64,000 nt of DNA, from contig DATGWM010000014.1 in NCBI GenBank assembly GCA_035299485.1, positions 160,370-224,369 of the forward strand, given 5' to 3'. This document shows, piece after piece, positions 9,183 through 18,642 of this stretch. Under the pieces are notes generated by a model. That model saw only the letters and a list, made by a program, of their open reading frames with translations, had not been told where the DNA came from and ran no database searches. Position 1 is the first letter of the stretch. Every line of letters starts with the position of its first letter. The translations under genes and the position numbers were made by a program. Origin of the DNA: Fluviicola sp. (GTDB lineage Bacteria; Bacteroidota; Bacteroidia; Flavobacteriales_D; Crocinitomicaceae).

Positions 9183-10151
9183 TTACCTGACAAGCTGTAC
9201 AAAACCGGTACTGATCGTTTCCTTCTGAACTATTTTATAGAAATAAACACCTTCATTGTAACCATCTCCCGTCCAGGTAAAGGGTTTATCCAATGAAGTT
9301 CTTTCAATTTCATTTCCCCATCGATTCAACAGAATTACCTCTGCATTTGCTGTTGCCGGCAATTCCCAAACATCATTTATTCCATCTGCATTCGGTGTAA
9401 ACACATTTGGAATAACAAGCGGGATTTCTTCTTTCACTTTCACAGAAACATCATCAATGTAATAATAGGCTTCCAGGTTAAAGTCATATAACTCCAGGTA
9501 ATCCGTATTGACATCCGAAAAGAAATGACAGATCGTCAGCCAGCGTTCACCTCCGGCAGCAACAAAATCGCCGGAAAATTCCACCCAATTGTTTTCATCA
9601 CATAAATATTCACCCGCAGGGGTTGTAACCTGGGGCGGATAAGGAATAACCGGAAAATCTATTCCCGAAACCTCATCGACTGTAAAAAGAGCTCCAATTT
9701 CGTCGAAACAATAAGACGCAAGCTCCGCTTTTGATAAGTAACAGGAAAAATGATATGTTACACCCGCTACTAAAGTATCGGTAAGCTGTACTTGAATAAA
9801 TTCCCGTTGATTTGCAAACCTTACCAATGCCACACCAACATAAGCTACGCCGGAATGCGCATTTTGCGTACCTATGTTATTATCCGGGGCATGCGCATAA
9901 AACACGCCACAAGGATGGTAATAATCTGCTCCTGCTGCAGGCGAGGTAAACCAATTTTCAACGGGAAGATAATTGCAGAAAGTAGGGCATTCCGTATATG
10001 CTTCAAAATCGGGATTAGGTACAAGATTCTGTGACGTTCCGTGTGTTAAAATGGTCATCAAAAACAAGAGCAGAACCCCATAACGGCGGGGAAACGGGCA
10101 AAAAATTGATTGCGATTCACGAATTTCCGGGTTGTCTTTTATTTTCTTCAT
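9183..10151 (-). CDS. Secreted protein with T9SS type B (gliding motility-associated) C-terminal domain
   Basis: QNLVPNPDFE after a hydrophobic stretch; C-terminal IPNVFTPNADGINDVW...NRWGN...GVYFYKI...GFVQLVR; start codon uncertain. Confidence 0.8.
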   Translation of the reverse strand: MKKIKDNPEIRESQSIFCPFPRRYGVLLLFLMTILTHGTSQNLVPNPDFEAYTECPTFCNYLPVENWFTSPAAGADYYHPCGVFYAHAPDNNIGTQNAHSGVAYVGVALVRFANQREFIQVQLTDTLVAGVTYHFSCYLSKAELASYCFDEIGALFTVDEVSGIDFPVIPYPPQVTTPAGEYLCDENNWVEFSGDFVAAGGERWLTICHFFSDVNTDYLELYDFNLEAYYYIDDVSVKVKEEIPLVIPNVFTPNADGINDVWELPATANAEVILLNRWGNEIERTSLDKPFTWTGDGYNEGVYFYKIVQKETISTGFVQLVR

Positions 10152-10243
10152 CAAACTCCTTTAACGTTGCGGCTTGCAAAATAGTTTGCAGAGAATCTTT
10201 CATCTGTCCATTCGGTTATGAATCAGTTCAATTCGTTTAACAT

Positions 10244-10725
10244 TTAAAGCTTCGCCTTCATCGTTTTGTTGATGGCATCGAACCAGGATCCGATTTCAAT
10301 CGGTTTGAACGTTTTCGGCACCCCGATTGCTTTTAAGGAAGAACAGCGCACCTTTTGTCCGGGCTGTAAGGTGTTGTAAACCGCATCACATACCTGCCGG
10401 CTGTATTCCGAATCTTGTTCGCTATACATTACCAGTACGGTTGCATAACGAATGGAACTTGTCCCACCAAGAATTTGCTTGTCTACCAGGTCAATTTCCT
10501 GCTTTGCCTCCGAATCTGTATTTTTAAACAACCTTCCGTGATCATCGGAATTGATACCTGCCGCATCATACAAATTAAGATGAAGCATACAGGTGCCCGC
10601 ATCAATTACTTCTTTCGAAATCCATTCTCTGATTTTGCATCAACAACAGTTAAATCCTGAGCTGGCAATTGAAACGAAACCACCAGAAAACCAATTGGTA
10701 AAAACAGATGTTTCATCTTGTTCAT
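10244..10725 (-). pseudogene. Apparently frameshifted gene for a secreted hypothetical protein
   Basis: Signal-peptide frame MNKMKHLFLPIGFLVVSFQLPAQDLTVVDAK stops early; one extra A in the A4 run (T4 at 10633-10636) joins it to the 114-aa ORF as ...DAKIREWISKEVIDAGTCMLHLN... Confidence 0.55.
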
Positions 10726-10808
10726 TTTTTTACAAACATACTGAAATTGCGGTTTCTTAAATTCTCAAACCCGTTATTGCAGAGGTTTGGAATTTCGATT
10801 GAGGTCAT

Positions 10809-10816
10809 TAACTTTG
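10809..10816 (+). promoter_or_regulatory. Bacteroidota -7 promoter element for icd
   Basis: TAACTTTG matches TAnnTTTG, 33 nt before the icd ATG. Confidence 0.6.
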
Positions 10817-10849
10817 TGATCGAAAATTATACACTTTATTTATAATCGC

Positions 10850-12079
10850 ATGTCTAAAATTAAAGTAGCAAACCCTATCGTAGAGCTGGATGGTGATGAA
10901 ATGACACGTATCATCTGGAAATTCATTAAGGATAAACTCATTCTTCCTTACCTGGATGTGGATATCAAGTATTATGACCTTGGGATCGAAAAAAGGGATG
11001 AAACCAATGACCAGATCACGATAGAAGCTGCCGAAGCGATTAAAAAATACCAGGTTGGTATCAAATGCGCTACGATCACGCCGGATGAGCAGCGTGTGCA
11101 GGAATTCAACCTGAAATCGATGTGGAAGTCGCCGAACGGAACAATTCGTAATATTTTGGACGGAACGGTTTTCCGCGAGCCGATCGTGATGCAGAATGTA
11201 CCGCGCCTGGTAACCAACTGGACAGCTCCGATTATTGTGGGCCGTCACGCTTTCGGAGATCAGTACCGTGCTACGGATGCTGTTTTCAAAGGTAAAGGAA
11301 AACTGACGATGACCTTCACCCCGGAAGACGGCGGAGAAGTACAGACATTCGATGTGTACAATTTCAAAGGGGACGGCGTTGGTATGGCAATGTACAACAC
11401 CGACGAGTCGATCGAAGGATTTGCGCGCAGCTGCTTCAACATGGCGTTGACCAAAAAATGGCCGCTGTACCTTTCTACGAAGAACACGATTTTGAAAAAA
11501 TACGACGGCCGTTTCAAGGATATTTTTGAAAGCATTTACCAAAATGAATTCAAAGCGCAGTTCGACGCTGCCGGAATTACGTATGAGCATCGTTTGATCG
11601 ACGACATGGTAGCCTCTGCCCTGAAATGGAACGGAAATTTCGTTTGGGCTTGTAAAAACTACGACGGTGACGTTCAATCGGATACCGTTGCTCAAGGATT
11701 CGGCTCCCTCGGTCTGATGACTTCGGTTTTGATCACTCCTGACGGAAAAATCATGGAAGCCGAAGCAGCTCACGGTACCGTAACACGTCACTACCGCGAC
11801 CACCAGGCCGGTAAGAAAACATCCACCAACCCGATTGCTTCGATCTTTGCCTGGACCCGTGGTTTGGCTTTCCGTGGAAAACTGGACGGAAACCAGGAAC
11901 TGATCAACTTCTGCGAAACATTGGAGCGCGTTTGCATCGAAACGGTTGAATCAGGTGTGATGACCAAGGACCTGGCTGTGTGCATTCACGGAAACAAAGT
12001 GAATCATGGCGAGCACTATGTTTACACGGAAGAATTCCTGGATGCATTGGATAAAGGATTGATTGCTAAAATGGCGTAA
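10850..12079 (+). CDS. icd: NADP-dependent isocitrate dehydrogenase
   Basis: [57 protein letters not shown]. Confidence 0.97.
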   Translation: MSKIKVANPIVELDGDEMTRIIWKFIKDKLILPYLDVDIKYYDLGIEKRDETNDQITIEAAEAIKKYQVGIKCATITPDEQRVQEFNLKSMWKSPNGTIRNILDGTVFREPIVMQNVPRLVTNWTAPIIVGRHAFGDQYRATDAVFKGKGKLTMTFTPEDGGEVQTFDVYNFKGDGVGMAMYNTDESIEGFARSCFNMALTKKWPLYLSTKNTILKKYDGRFKDIFESIYQNEFKAQFDAAGITYEHRLIDDMVASALKWNGNFVWACKNYDGDVQSDTVAQGFGSLGLMTSVLITPDGKIMEAEAAHGTVTRHYRDHQAGKKTSTNPIASIFAWTRGLAFRGKLDGNQELINFCETLERVCIETVESGVMTKDLAVCIHGNKVNHGEHYVYTEEFLDALDKGLIAKMA

Positions 12080-12100
12080 TCGCTTTTCAGATATATTGCG

Positions 12101-12131
12101 AAAAGGCGTTGGGAAACCGGCGCCTTTTTTT
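12101..12131 (+). terminator. Intrinsic terminator after icd
   Basis: AAAAGGCG...CGCCTTTT stem followed by a T-run. Confidence 0.8.
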
Positions 12132-12315
12132 GTTTACAGAACCCACGTAATATTGCAAAATCACGTGTACTTATTTGACATGCCAATTTGCAATATTACG
12201 TGAACGCTCTATACTTGAATTGCAACTTTTTGACCCTTATAATGTACGCACAAAGTTTCCCGTCTTCTATTCCCCGGTTCCTCTGATTTTCACTACCTTC
12301 GTGCAAAACAATTCA

Positions 12316-12849
12316 ATGAACCGTCTGATTAGCCTTTTAGTAATCACCTTAAGTTTCTCCGCATTCGGGCAAAATTTCCTGGACCAGCACACTGGTGCTT
12401 ATCAAGGCACCTTGTACTTTAATTTCCCGAAGGATATTGACTCTGTTGGATTTACATTGGTGCTGGAACCTGCTGCAGAATCCGGGCAATGGACAAATAC
12501 CATTCACTACTTATTTCCCCGAAAAAGCTTGAATGATCTAAGGGTGTATCGTATCTTCAGAGACTCCGTTTACAGTGACGACTTTCATTTTCTGCGCGAG
12601 GAAGGTGATGGTATTGTCACTACTGAAACACGGATCGGGAACACTTTTTACACCAGTTACCAGGATGGTCACCTGTTCTATGACATTCAAACAACCTATG
12701 GAACCGATTACATTGATTACCAGTTAAACGGATACTCCGTTGCTTTGGGCGAGGAAAGCAGTAACGATGGGACCCACCCGCGAAACGTCACTTCTTATCC
12801 GCTAATGGTGGTTCAAAAAGCCCGTTTATACAAGCAAAAGGACGAATGA
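12316..12849 (+). CDS. Secreted hypothetical protein
   Basis: Signal peptide MNRLISLLVITLSFSAFGQ; stop overlaps the next start (ATGA). Confidence 0.65.
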   Translation: MNRLISLLVITLSFSAFGQNFLDQHTGAYQGTLYFNFPKDIDSVGFTLVLEPAAESGQWTNTIHYLFPRKSLNDLRVYRIFRDSVYSDDFHFLREEGDGIVTTETRIGNTFYTSYQDGHLFYDIQTTYGTDYIDYQLNGYSVALGEESSNDGTHPRNVTSYPLMVVQKARLYKQKDE

Positions 12850-14243
12850 AAACCTACCAGGTTCTTCTTTTTTTCATCTGTGTATTGGTTGGCTGCCGCA
12901 CCATCGAACCGATTGCACCTGCCGTAACCGAACAAAAAGCACCGATGCCCGAACAGCCGGTCTCGACCATTGTATTGCCCATTGCCGTGGACATCAGCAG
13001 CTATTACAAACTCGCTGACGAGCAGGTCGATTACAAGTTTGACGGCGGAGAGCAACACTGCAGCGGCGTTTCCTACAGCTATCACTTTGAACGTGATCCG
13101 ATGAAACTCGCTGTCAATGATCGTACGGTCGATATCAATGTTTCCGGAAAATACCGCCTGAAGCTGAATTATTGCCCCGATTGTTCAGCTTTGTTTTCAG
13201 ACGAACCACACTGCATCATTCCGCGTCTATATTTCAGCTGCGGGTATGACGAACCAATGCGCAGGATGAAGCTGCAGTACCGGTCGGAATTTGGGCTTAC
13301 AAGTGATTACGGTATTCGCACCACCACCAAACTCACAGAACTCAAGGCCATTGATCCTTGCGAAGTCAGCTTCATCGAGTACGACATCACGGATGAATTG
13401 GTCAAAGAAGTCCGAAAGGAACTTGTCAAACTCGCAACCGACATCGATAAGCAAACAGCTGCCATTTCCTTCAAAAAAGAAGCTGCAGACCTCTGGAACC
13501 AGGCGGTGACATCCATTGAAATTCCCGGCTATGGCTTTATCCAGTTGCAGCCGACAACGTTGCAGTTGACCAATCCGGTGATTCGGAACAACATTTTGAG
13601 CACTTCGCTCGTGATGGAAGCAAAACCCCGTTTTTTCACACAGAAGCCGGAAGACCAGGCCATTGAGCTTCCGCCGCTGCAACTCACCGAATCGGTTCCG
13701 AACGACACCTTAAAACTGACAGCTGATTTGCACCTGCGCTACGATTCGCTTTCAGGCATTATGAACCGTTATATGAGCGGGACTAAACTGCTGATCAAGA
13801 AACGCGAGATCATTTTGGACAGTGTGCGTATTGCCGGGGCCAACGACCAGCAGCTGATCTTCAAAGTAGGGTTTTCGGGCGACAAAAAAGGCGTCTTGTA
13901 CATTACCGGGAAGCCGGCCTTCAACACCCTGCTGCAGCAAATTGAACTCACCGAGGTTGCCTTCGACATAGAGACCAAAAGCACCCTGCTAAAAACCGCA
14001 GAATGGCTGTTTTCGGACCGCATCCTGGATGAAATAACCAAAAACAGCAAGCAGGACCTCAAACCGCAACTCGACTTGCTGCTCACGGAGCTCAACAAGT
14101 CACTGTACATCGAAAAAGAAGGATTCATTGTGACCGGAAAAATGACCGATTTGTTGGTCGACCAGGTTTACCCCGAAACCGAACAGCTGATCGTACGCGT
14201 TTCCAGCAAAGGAAAACTGAGCCTGAGCAATATCAGGAATTGA
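12846..14243 (+). CDS. DUF4403 family lipoprotein
   Basis: Lipobox LVGC, 465 aa, long beta-rich protein with GKKGVLYITGKP-type region; family recognised by overall pattern. Confidence 0.65.
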   Translation: MKTYQVLLFFICVLVGCRTIEPIAPAVTEQKAPMPEQPVSTIVLPIAVDISSYYKLADEQVDYKFDGGEQHCSGVSYSYHFERDPMKLAVNDRTVDINVSGKYRLKLNYCPDCSALFSDEPHCIIPRLYFSCGYDEPMRRMKLQYRSEFGLTSDYGIRTTTKLTELKAIDPCEVSFIEYDITDELVKEVRKELVKLATDIDKQTAAISFKKEAADLWNQAVTSIEIPGYGFIQLQPTTLQLTNPVIRNNILSTSLVMEAKPRFFTQKPEDQAIELPPLQLTESVPNDTLKLTADLHLRYDSLSGIMNRYMSGTKLLIKKREIILDSVRIAGANDQQLIFKVGFSGDKKGVLYITGKPAFNTLLQQIELTEVAFDIETKSTLLKTAEWLFSDRILDEITKNSKQDLKPQLDLLLTELNKSLYIEKEGFIVTGKMTDLLVDQVYPETEQLIVRVSSKGKLSLSNIRN

Positions 14244-14595
14244 CCATGTGCTTTGCCACCGGCGGGAAACAATTGTAGAGTGCCGTTTTCAACGCTTCTT
14301 CCATCTCCAGCGAATCAATCGCCGTTTTCATACAGCGCAGCCATTCTTCGCCTGCTTCCGGTGTGATCCGGTGCGGGAGGTGTCGCATGCGCATGCGCGG
14401 ATGCCCGTAGACTTCTGTGTAATGCTGAGGCCCGCCCAGGAACTGGGTCAAAAAAGCCTCCTGTTTTTGCCTGATCAGCTCCTTATCCGTTTGAAACAAC
14501 GGGCCAATCACCGGTGAATCAAACACCAGGTCATAAAACCTGTTTACCAGTAAATGCAAGCGTTCCTTCCCTATTCTATCGTATAACGACTCCAT
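14233..14595 (-). CDS. Group II truncated hemoglobin
   Basis: SLYDRIG, VNRFYD, FLTQFLGGPQHY, GHPRMRMRHLP, EWLRCM. Confidence 0.9.
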   Translation of the reverse strand: MESLYDRIGKERLHLLVNRFYDLVFDSPVIGPLFQTDKELIRQKQEAFLTQFLGGPQHYTEVYGHPRMRMRHLPHRITPEAGEEWLRCMKTAIDSLEMEEALKTALYNCFPPVAKHMVNS

Positions 14596-14735
14596 CCGTT
14601 CAACTATTATTTTTCGCCTCTCGTAACCGGTTTAACAATTCTGTCAAAAAAACTGGCACAAAGTTAGTTAGGGAGCCGAAAGAATCGCGCAGAATTGTCT
14701 GCTATTCTGGTAAAAACTGTATTTTTGTGTCCACG

Positions 14736-15926
14736 ATGAAATTGCTGTTGCTCACTTTGTTACTACTGGTTCAATTGGTTGTCTTTTCACAGGAAGAGGC
14801 AGCTCCGTCTGTTTCCGATGCTATTTCGGACTGTGCGGGAGCATCCAACATACTTCAGCCCGGAAGTTATTCCCTGCAGTTCACCGGTAAAGGTGGCGCT
14901 ATTAAAGACTTAGCCGCTTATCCTTCCCTGTCGAATGTGACGGAAAAAAACTCTCTCTGGTGTTCATTCATCGCACCGTACAATGGCCGTTTCACCCTTA
15001 CTGCCGATGCAACCATGGGGCCGTTGCAAATGATCATCTTCGAAAACGAGACCAAAGACATTTGCGAAGACATCTACAAGGGAAAAGCCGAAATCCGTCG
15101 TTTGATCCTGTCGAAAGATCAGCACGTAGGCCTCGACCTCGTAACGTCAGATAACACGCTCTACCCGATCGACATGATCGCCGGAAAGCACATTATGCTG
15201 TGTTTTCTGAATGTGCCGAAAGAAAAGCCGACACTGGAGCTGCACATTACCTTTGAACCGACCGACGGTGAAATGAAAGAACCGGGCCAGGGCGAAGACA
15301 GCAAAATTGTGGATTTGCGCAAACAGCCGGGCGATCCTGCACTTAATATCCTGATCCGCGATGTGGAAACCGGTAATCCGGTAATGGCCAACCTGTCTAT
15401 CACCGGAATCAAGGATATCCAGGCGCTTTACAACGGTTCTGACTTTTACATTTCCGTTGATCGTTCCGGTAAAATCCAATTGAAAATTGATGCGGAAGGT
15501 TATTTCTTCGTTGATCGTGAAGAACCCGTTTCAGCGAACTCGGATAACGAGATTGTGGTTTGGATGGAACCGTTAGGCGAAGGAAAAAGTATGCAGATCG
15601 ACGAGATCGAATTCGTTCCGGGATCCAGTGAATTCCTGTCGACATCCGAAACGAAATTACGGCGTCTAAAAGACTTCCTTGCACTCAATTCTGCCGTTAA
15701 AGTAGAAATCCAGGGACACGTTCACGCAAGTGGAGAAAACACCTTCGCCGGGCAAAAATTGTCGGAAGCACGGGCCAAACGCGTTGTGAACTACCTCGTT
15801 GAAAACGGTATCGATAAAAGCCGTTTGACAGCGGTCGGGCTTGGCAATACCAAACCTATTTACCCCGACGCAAAGTTTGCTTACGAAGAGCAGGCCAATC
15901 GCCGTGTGGAAGTAAAAGTACTCTAA
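14736..15926 (+). CDS. OmpA family protein (N-terminal beta domains, C-terminal peptidoglycan-binding domain)
   Basis: Signal peptide; C-terminal VEIQGHV...LSEARAKRVVNYL...G.G..KP...NRRVEV. Confidence 0.88.
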   Translation: MKLLLLTLLLLVQLVVFSQEEAAPSVSDAISDCAGASNILQPGSYSLQFTGKGGAIKDLAAYPSLSNVTEKNSLWCSFIAPYNGRFTLTADATMGPLQMIIFENETKDICEDIYKGKAEIRRLILSKDQHVGLDLVTSDNTLYPIDMIAGKHIMLCFLNVPKEKPTLELHITFEPTDGEMKEPGQGEDSKIVDLRKQPGDPALNILIRDVETGNPVMANLSITGIKDIQALYNGSDFYISVDRSGKIQLKIDAEGYFFVDREEPVSANSDNEIVVWMEPLGEGKSMQIDEIEFVPGSSEFLSTSETKLRRLKDFLALNSAVKVEIQGHVHASGENTFAGQKLSEARAKRVVNYLVENGIDKSRLTAVGLGNTKPIYPDAKFAYEEQANRRVEVKVL

Positions 15927-16071
15927 GAATTTCCCATTTTCTTTACCCGTTCCCGGCTTTTCAGTCGGTTGATAAACAATTGCCTCCTATTTGATCTCCT
16001 TTTAAAAAAGATCACTAACTTGTTCTCCTCAAAGACGTTAGAATACAATTATTCACTTAAAAACCAACAAC

Positions 16072-16419
16072 ATGGCTACTTACGAAGAAGCTTTTGAACG
16101 CTTTACCACTGAGCTGAACGAAATGGGATTCACTCACCATCCGCCCCTGTATCATGCAATTGCGAAACACCTTGGACCATCTATTCATGACGAGGATTCG
16201 TCACTTGTTGCCTGCGATCAGCCAAAAGAAATAGAAACGGTCAAACGCGAATTCCTGATTGGTAAACTCGGGCTGGAAGACGGGCCGGCGCTTGATGCAG
16301 CTATTGAACAGGTCTGTAAAGCCCTTGGAGGATCAAATACCCAAAAGCACAGGGTGTCGTTTTATTATCTGCTGGTGGCTATTCTTCAGAAAGAACACCT
16401 GTTTATCAATATCAAATAG
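16072..16419 (+). CDS. DUF2853 family protein
   Basis: LGPSIHDEDSSLVAC...EIETVKREFLIGKLGL...KHRVSFYYLL pattern. Confidence 0.8.
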   Translation: MATYEEAFERFTTELNEMGFTHHPPLYHAIAKHLGPSIHDEDSSLVACDQPKEIETVKREFLIGKLGLEDGPALDAAIEQVCKALGGSNTQKHRVSFYYLLVAILQKEHLFINIK

Positions 16420-16449
16420 CACTTGCCGGAAGGAGATTATTTATATCAA

Positions 16450-16479
16450 AAAAATGCCTCCGGTTTCGGAGGCATTTTT
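16450..16479. terminator. Bidirectional terminator between DUF2853 and hutU
   Basis: Perfect 13-bp stem AAAAATGCCTCCG/CGGAGGCATTTTT between convergent genes. Confidence 0.85.
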
Positions 16480-16500
16480 GTTTTCTAATATTCAGTGATT

Positions 16501-18513
16501 TTATTTCGTCACTTCCGCAAACACCGATGCTAAAACAGCTTCGTCTACCAACTCCGGAATCGTTACCTTCAATCGAGGCTCCTGCTCCATCGCACGTTTA
16601 ATGGCAAAAATAGCGCCTTCATTGCGCGCCCAGTTGCGTCGGGCAATGCCATTGTTCACATCCCAGTGCAACATCATCGTGAGACGTCTGTGAGCGTCTT
16701 CAGAACCATCCAGGAGCATCCCGAAACCACCGTTGATCACTTCGCCCCAACCTACGCCACCGCCGTTGTGGATAGAAACCCAGGTAGCGCCGCGGAATGA
16801 ATCCCCGATCACATTCTGGATCGCCATATCAGCTGTGAAGCGCGAGCCGTCATAAATATTGGATGTTTCACGGTAAGGCGAATCCGTTCCCGAAACATCG
16901 TGGTGATCGCGGCCTAACACAACAGGGCCTATTTTGCCGCTGGCGATCGCTTTATTGAACGCAGCAGCGATTTTCATACGTCCTTCCGCATCAGCGTACA
17001 AAATGCGCGCCTGTGAGCCTACAACGAGCTTGTTTTGCTGTGCGCCTTTGATCCATTGAATATTGTCGGCCATCTGCTGCTGAATTTCAGCCGGACTGTT
17101 TTTCATCATTTCTTCGAGTACTTCACATGCCATTGCATCGGTTGCAGCCAAATCTTCCGGCTTGCCTGAGGCACATACCCAACGGAACGGCCCGAACCCA
17201 TAATCAAAGCACATCGGTCCCATGATATCCTGTACGTACGAGGGGTATTTGAAATCAATTCCGTTATCAGCCATAATATCCGCTCCGGCGCGCGAAGCTT
17301 CCAGCAAAAAGGCATTCCCGTAATCAAAGAAATACGTTCCCTTTGCCGTATGTTTATTGATCGCTGCTGCATGGCGCACCAGGGTCGATTGTACTTTCTG
17401 ACGGAATAATTCCGGTTCTTCGGCCATCAGCCTGTTCGATTCTTCGAAACTGATGTCTACCGGGTAATAACCACCCGCCCACGGATTGTGCAAAGAGGTT
17501 TGGTCTGATCCCAGGTCAATGTGGATGCCTTCCGCATCGAATTTTTCCCAAACGGAGACCACGTTGCCCAGGTAAGCGATCGAAACCACTTCCTTATTCG
17601 CCTGTGCTTCGCGAACACGGCTTACCAGCTTATCCAAATCATCGATGATCTCGTTCACCCAGCCCTGCTCATAACGAATGCGCGTGATTTTAGGGTTCAC
17701 TTCGGCACAAACCGTGACGCAACCGGCAATAGTCCCTGCTTTTGGCTGCGCGCCCGACATCCCGCCAAGCCCGGATGTGACAAACAATGATCCTTTCGGT
17801 TCTTTCTTTATTTTGCGGAAACCGTTCAATACGGTGATCGTGGTTCCGTGTACAATTCCCTGCGGACCGATGTACATGTACGAGCCCGCAGTCATTTGCC
17901 CGTATTGAGTCACTCCCAGGGCATTGAATTTCTCCCAATCATCCGGTTTTGAGTAATTCGGGATCATCATTCCGTTGGTCACCACAACACGAGGCGCATC
18001 TTTGTGTGAAGGGAACAATCCCATCGGGTGGCCCGAATACATCACGAGCGTTTGCTCATCGGTCATTTCCGACAGGTATTTCATGCACAGGCGATACTGG
18101 ATCCAATTCTGGAAAACAGCCCCGTTACCTCCGTAGGTGATCAATTCGTGCGGATGTTGAGCCACAGCATGGTCCAGGTTGTTCTGGATCATCAGCATAA
18201 TGGCCTTTGCCTGTTCCGATTTTCCCGGGTAATCCGAGATCGGGCGGGCATACATCGTATAATCCGGGCGGTAGCGGTGCATGTAAATTCTTCCGGTAGT
18301 TTCAAGCTCTTCCAAAAAGTCAACGATCAGCTCCTGGTGTTGCTCCTTAGGGAAATAACGCAGGGCGTTTTGAAGTGCCAGTTTCTTTTCTTCGGTCGAC
18401 AGGATTTCCTTACGCTTCGGGGCGTGATTGACCGCAGGATCAACCGCTTTTTTAGCCGGGATGGCAGCCGGTATGCCTTCTTGAATTGCTTTTTGGAACT
18501 CGGATACGTGCAT
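16501..18513 (-). CDS. hutU: Urocanate hydratase (long form)
   Basis: ELITYGGNG, QMTAGSYMYIGPQGIVHGT, GLGGMSGAQPKA, GRDHHDVSGTDSP, SIHNGGGVGWG. Confidence 0.96.
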   Translation of the reverse strand: MHVSEFQKAIQEGIPAAIPAKKAVDPAVNHAPKRKEILSTEEKKLALQNALRYFPKEQHQELIVDFLEELETTGRIYMHRYRPDYTMYARPISDYPGKSEQAKAIMLMIQNNLDHAVAQHPHELITYGGNGAVFQNWIQYRLCMKYLSEMTDEQTLVMYSGHPMGLFPSHKDAPRVVVTNGMMIPNYSKPDDWEKFNALGVTQYGQMTAGSYMYIGPQGIVHGTTITVLNGFRKIKKEPKGSLFVTSGLGGMSGAQPKAGTIAGCVTVCAEVNPKITRIRYEQGWVNEIIDDLDKLVSRVREAQANKEVVSIAYLGNVVSVWEKFDAEGIHIDLGSDQTSLHNPWAGGYYPVDISFEESNRLMAEEPELFRQKVQSTLVRHAAAINKHTAKGTYFFDYGNAFLLEASRAGADIMADNGIDFKYPSYVQDIMGPMCFDYGFGPFRWVCASGKPEDLAATDAMACEVLEEMMKNSPAEIQQQMADNIQWIKGAQQNKLVVGSQARILYADAEGRMKIAAAFNKAIASGKIGPVVLGRDHHDVSGTDSPYRETSNIYDGSRFTADMAIQNVIGDSFRGATWVSIHNGGGVGWGEVINGGFGMLLDGSEDAHRRLTMMLHWDVNNGIARRNWARNEGAIFAIKRAMEQEPRLKVTIPELVDEAVLASVFAEVTK

Positions 18514-18583
18514 GATGAACAATTTTCCTCAAAATTAACACGAAATTCAGCTTCCGGAACCTTTCACCGAAAAATGACCGCAC

Positions 18584-18618
18584 AAAAAAGGGCCATCCAC
18601 CTGAGTTGGATAGCCCTT
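18584..18618 (-). terminator. Intrinsic terminator after the T9SS cargo gene
   Basis: Minus-strand stem AAGGGCTATCCA/TGGATGGCCCTT followed by a T-run. Confidence 0.7.
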
Positions 18619-18642
18619 CTTCTTAAATGTTTTGAATATTAT

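Noticed and set aside
10701-10716. Partial match (AAACAGATG) to the 16-bp island motif
   Set aside because: Only 9 nt and it overlaps a start codon region; expected by chance
10808-11803. 331-aa minus-strand ORF
   Set aside because: Antisense shadow of icd, a common result of biased codon usage
16501-18513. hutU without hutH/hutI/hutG, long eukaryote-like form
   Set aside because: Dispersed hut genes and the long form are ordinary in Bacteroidota
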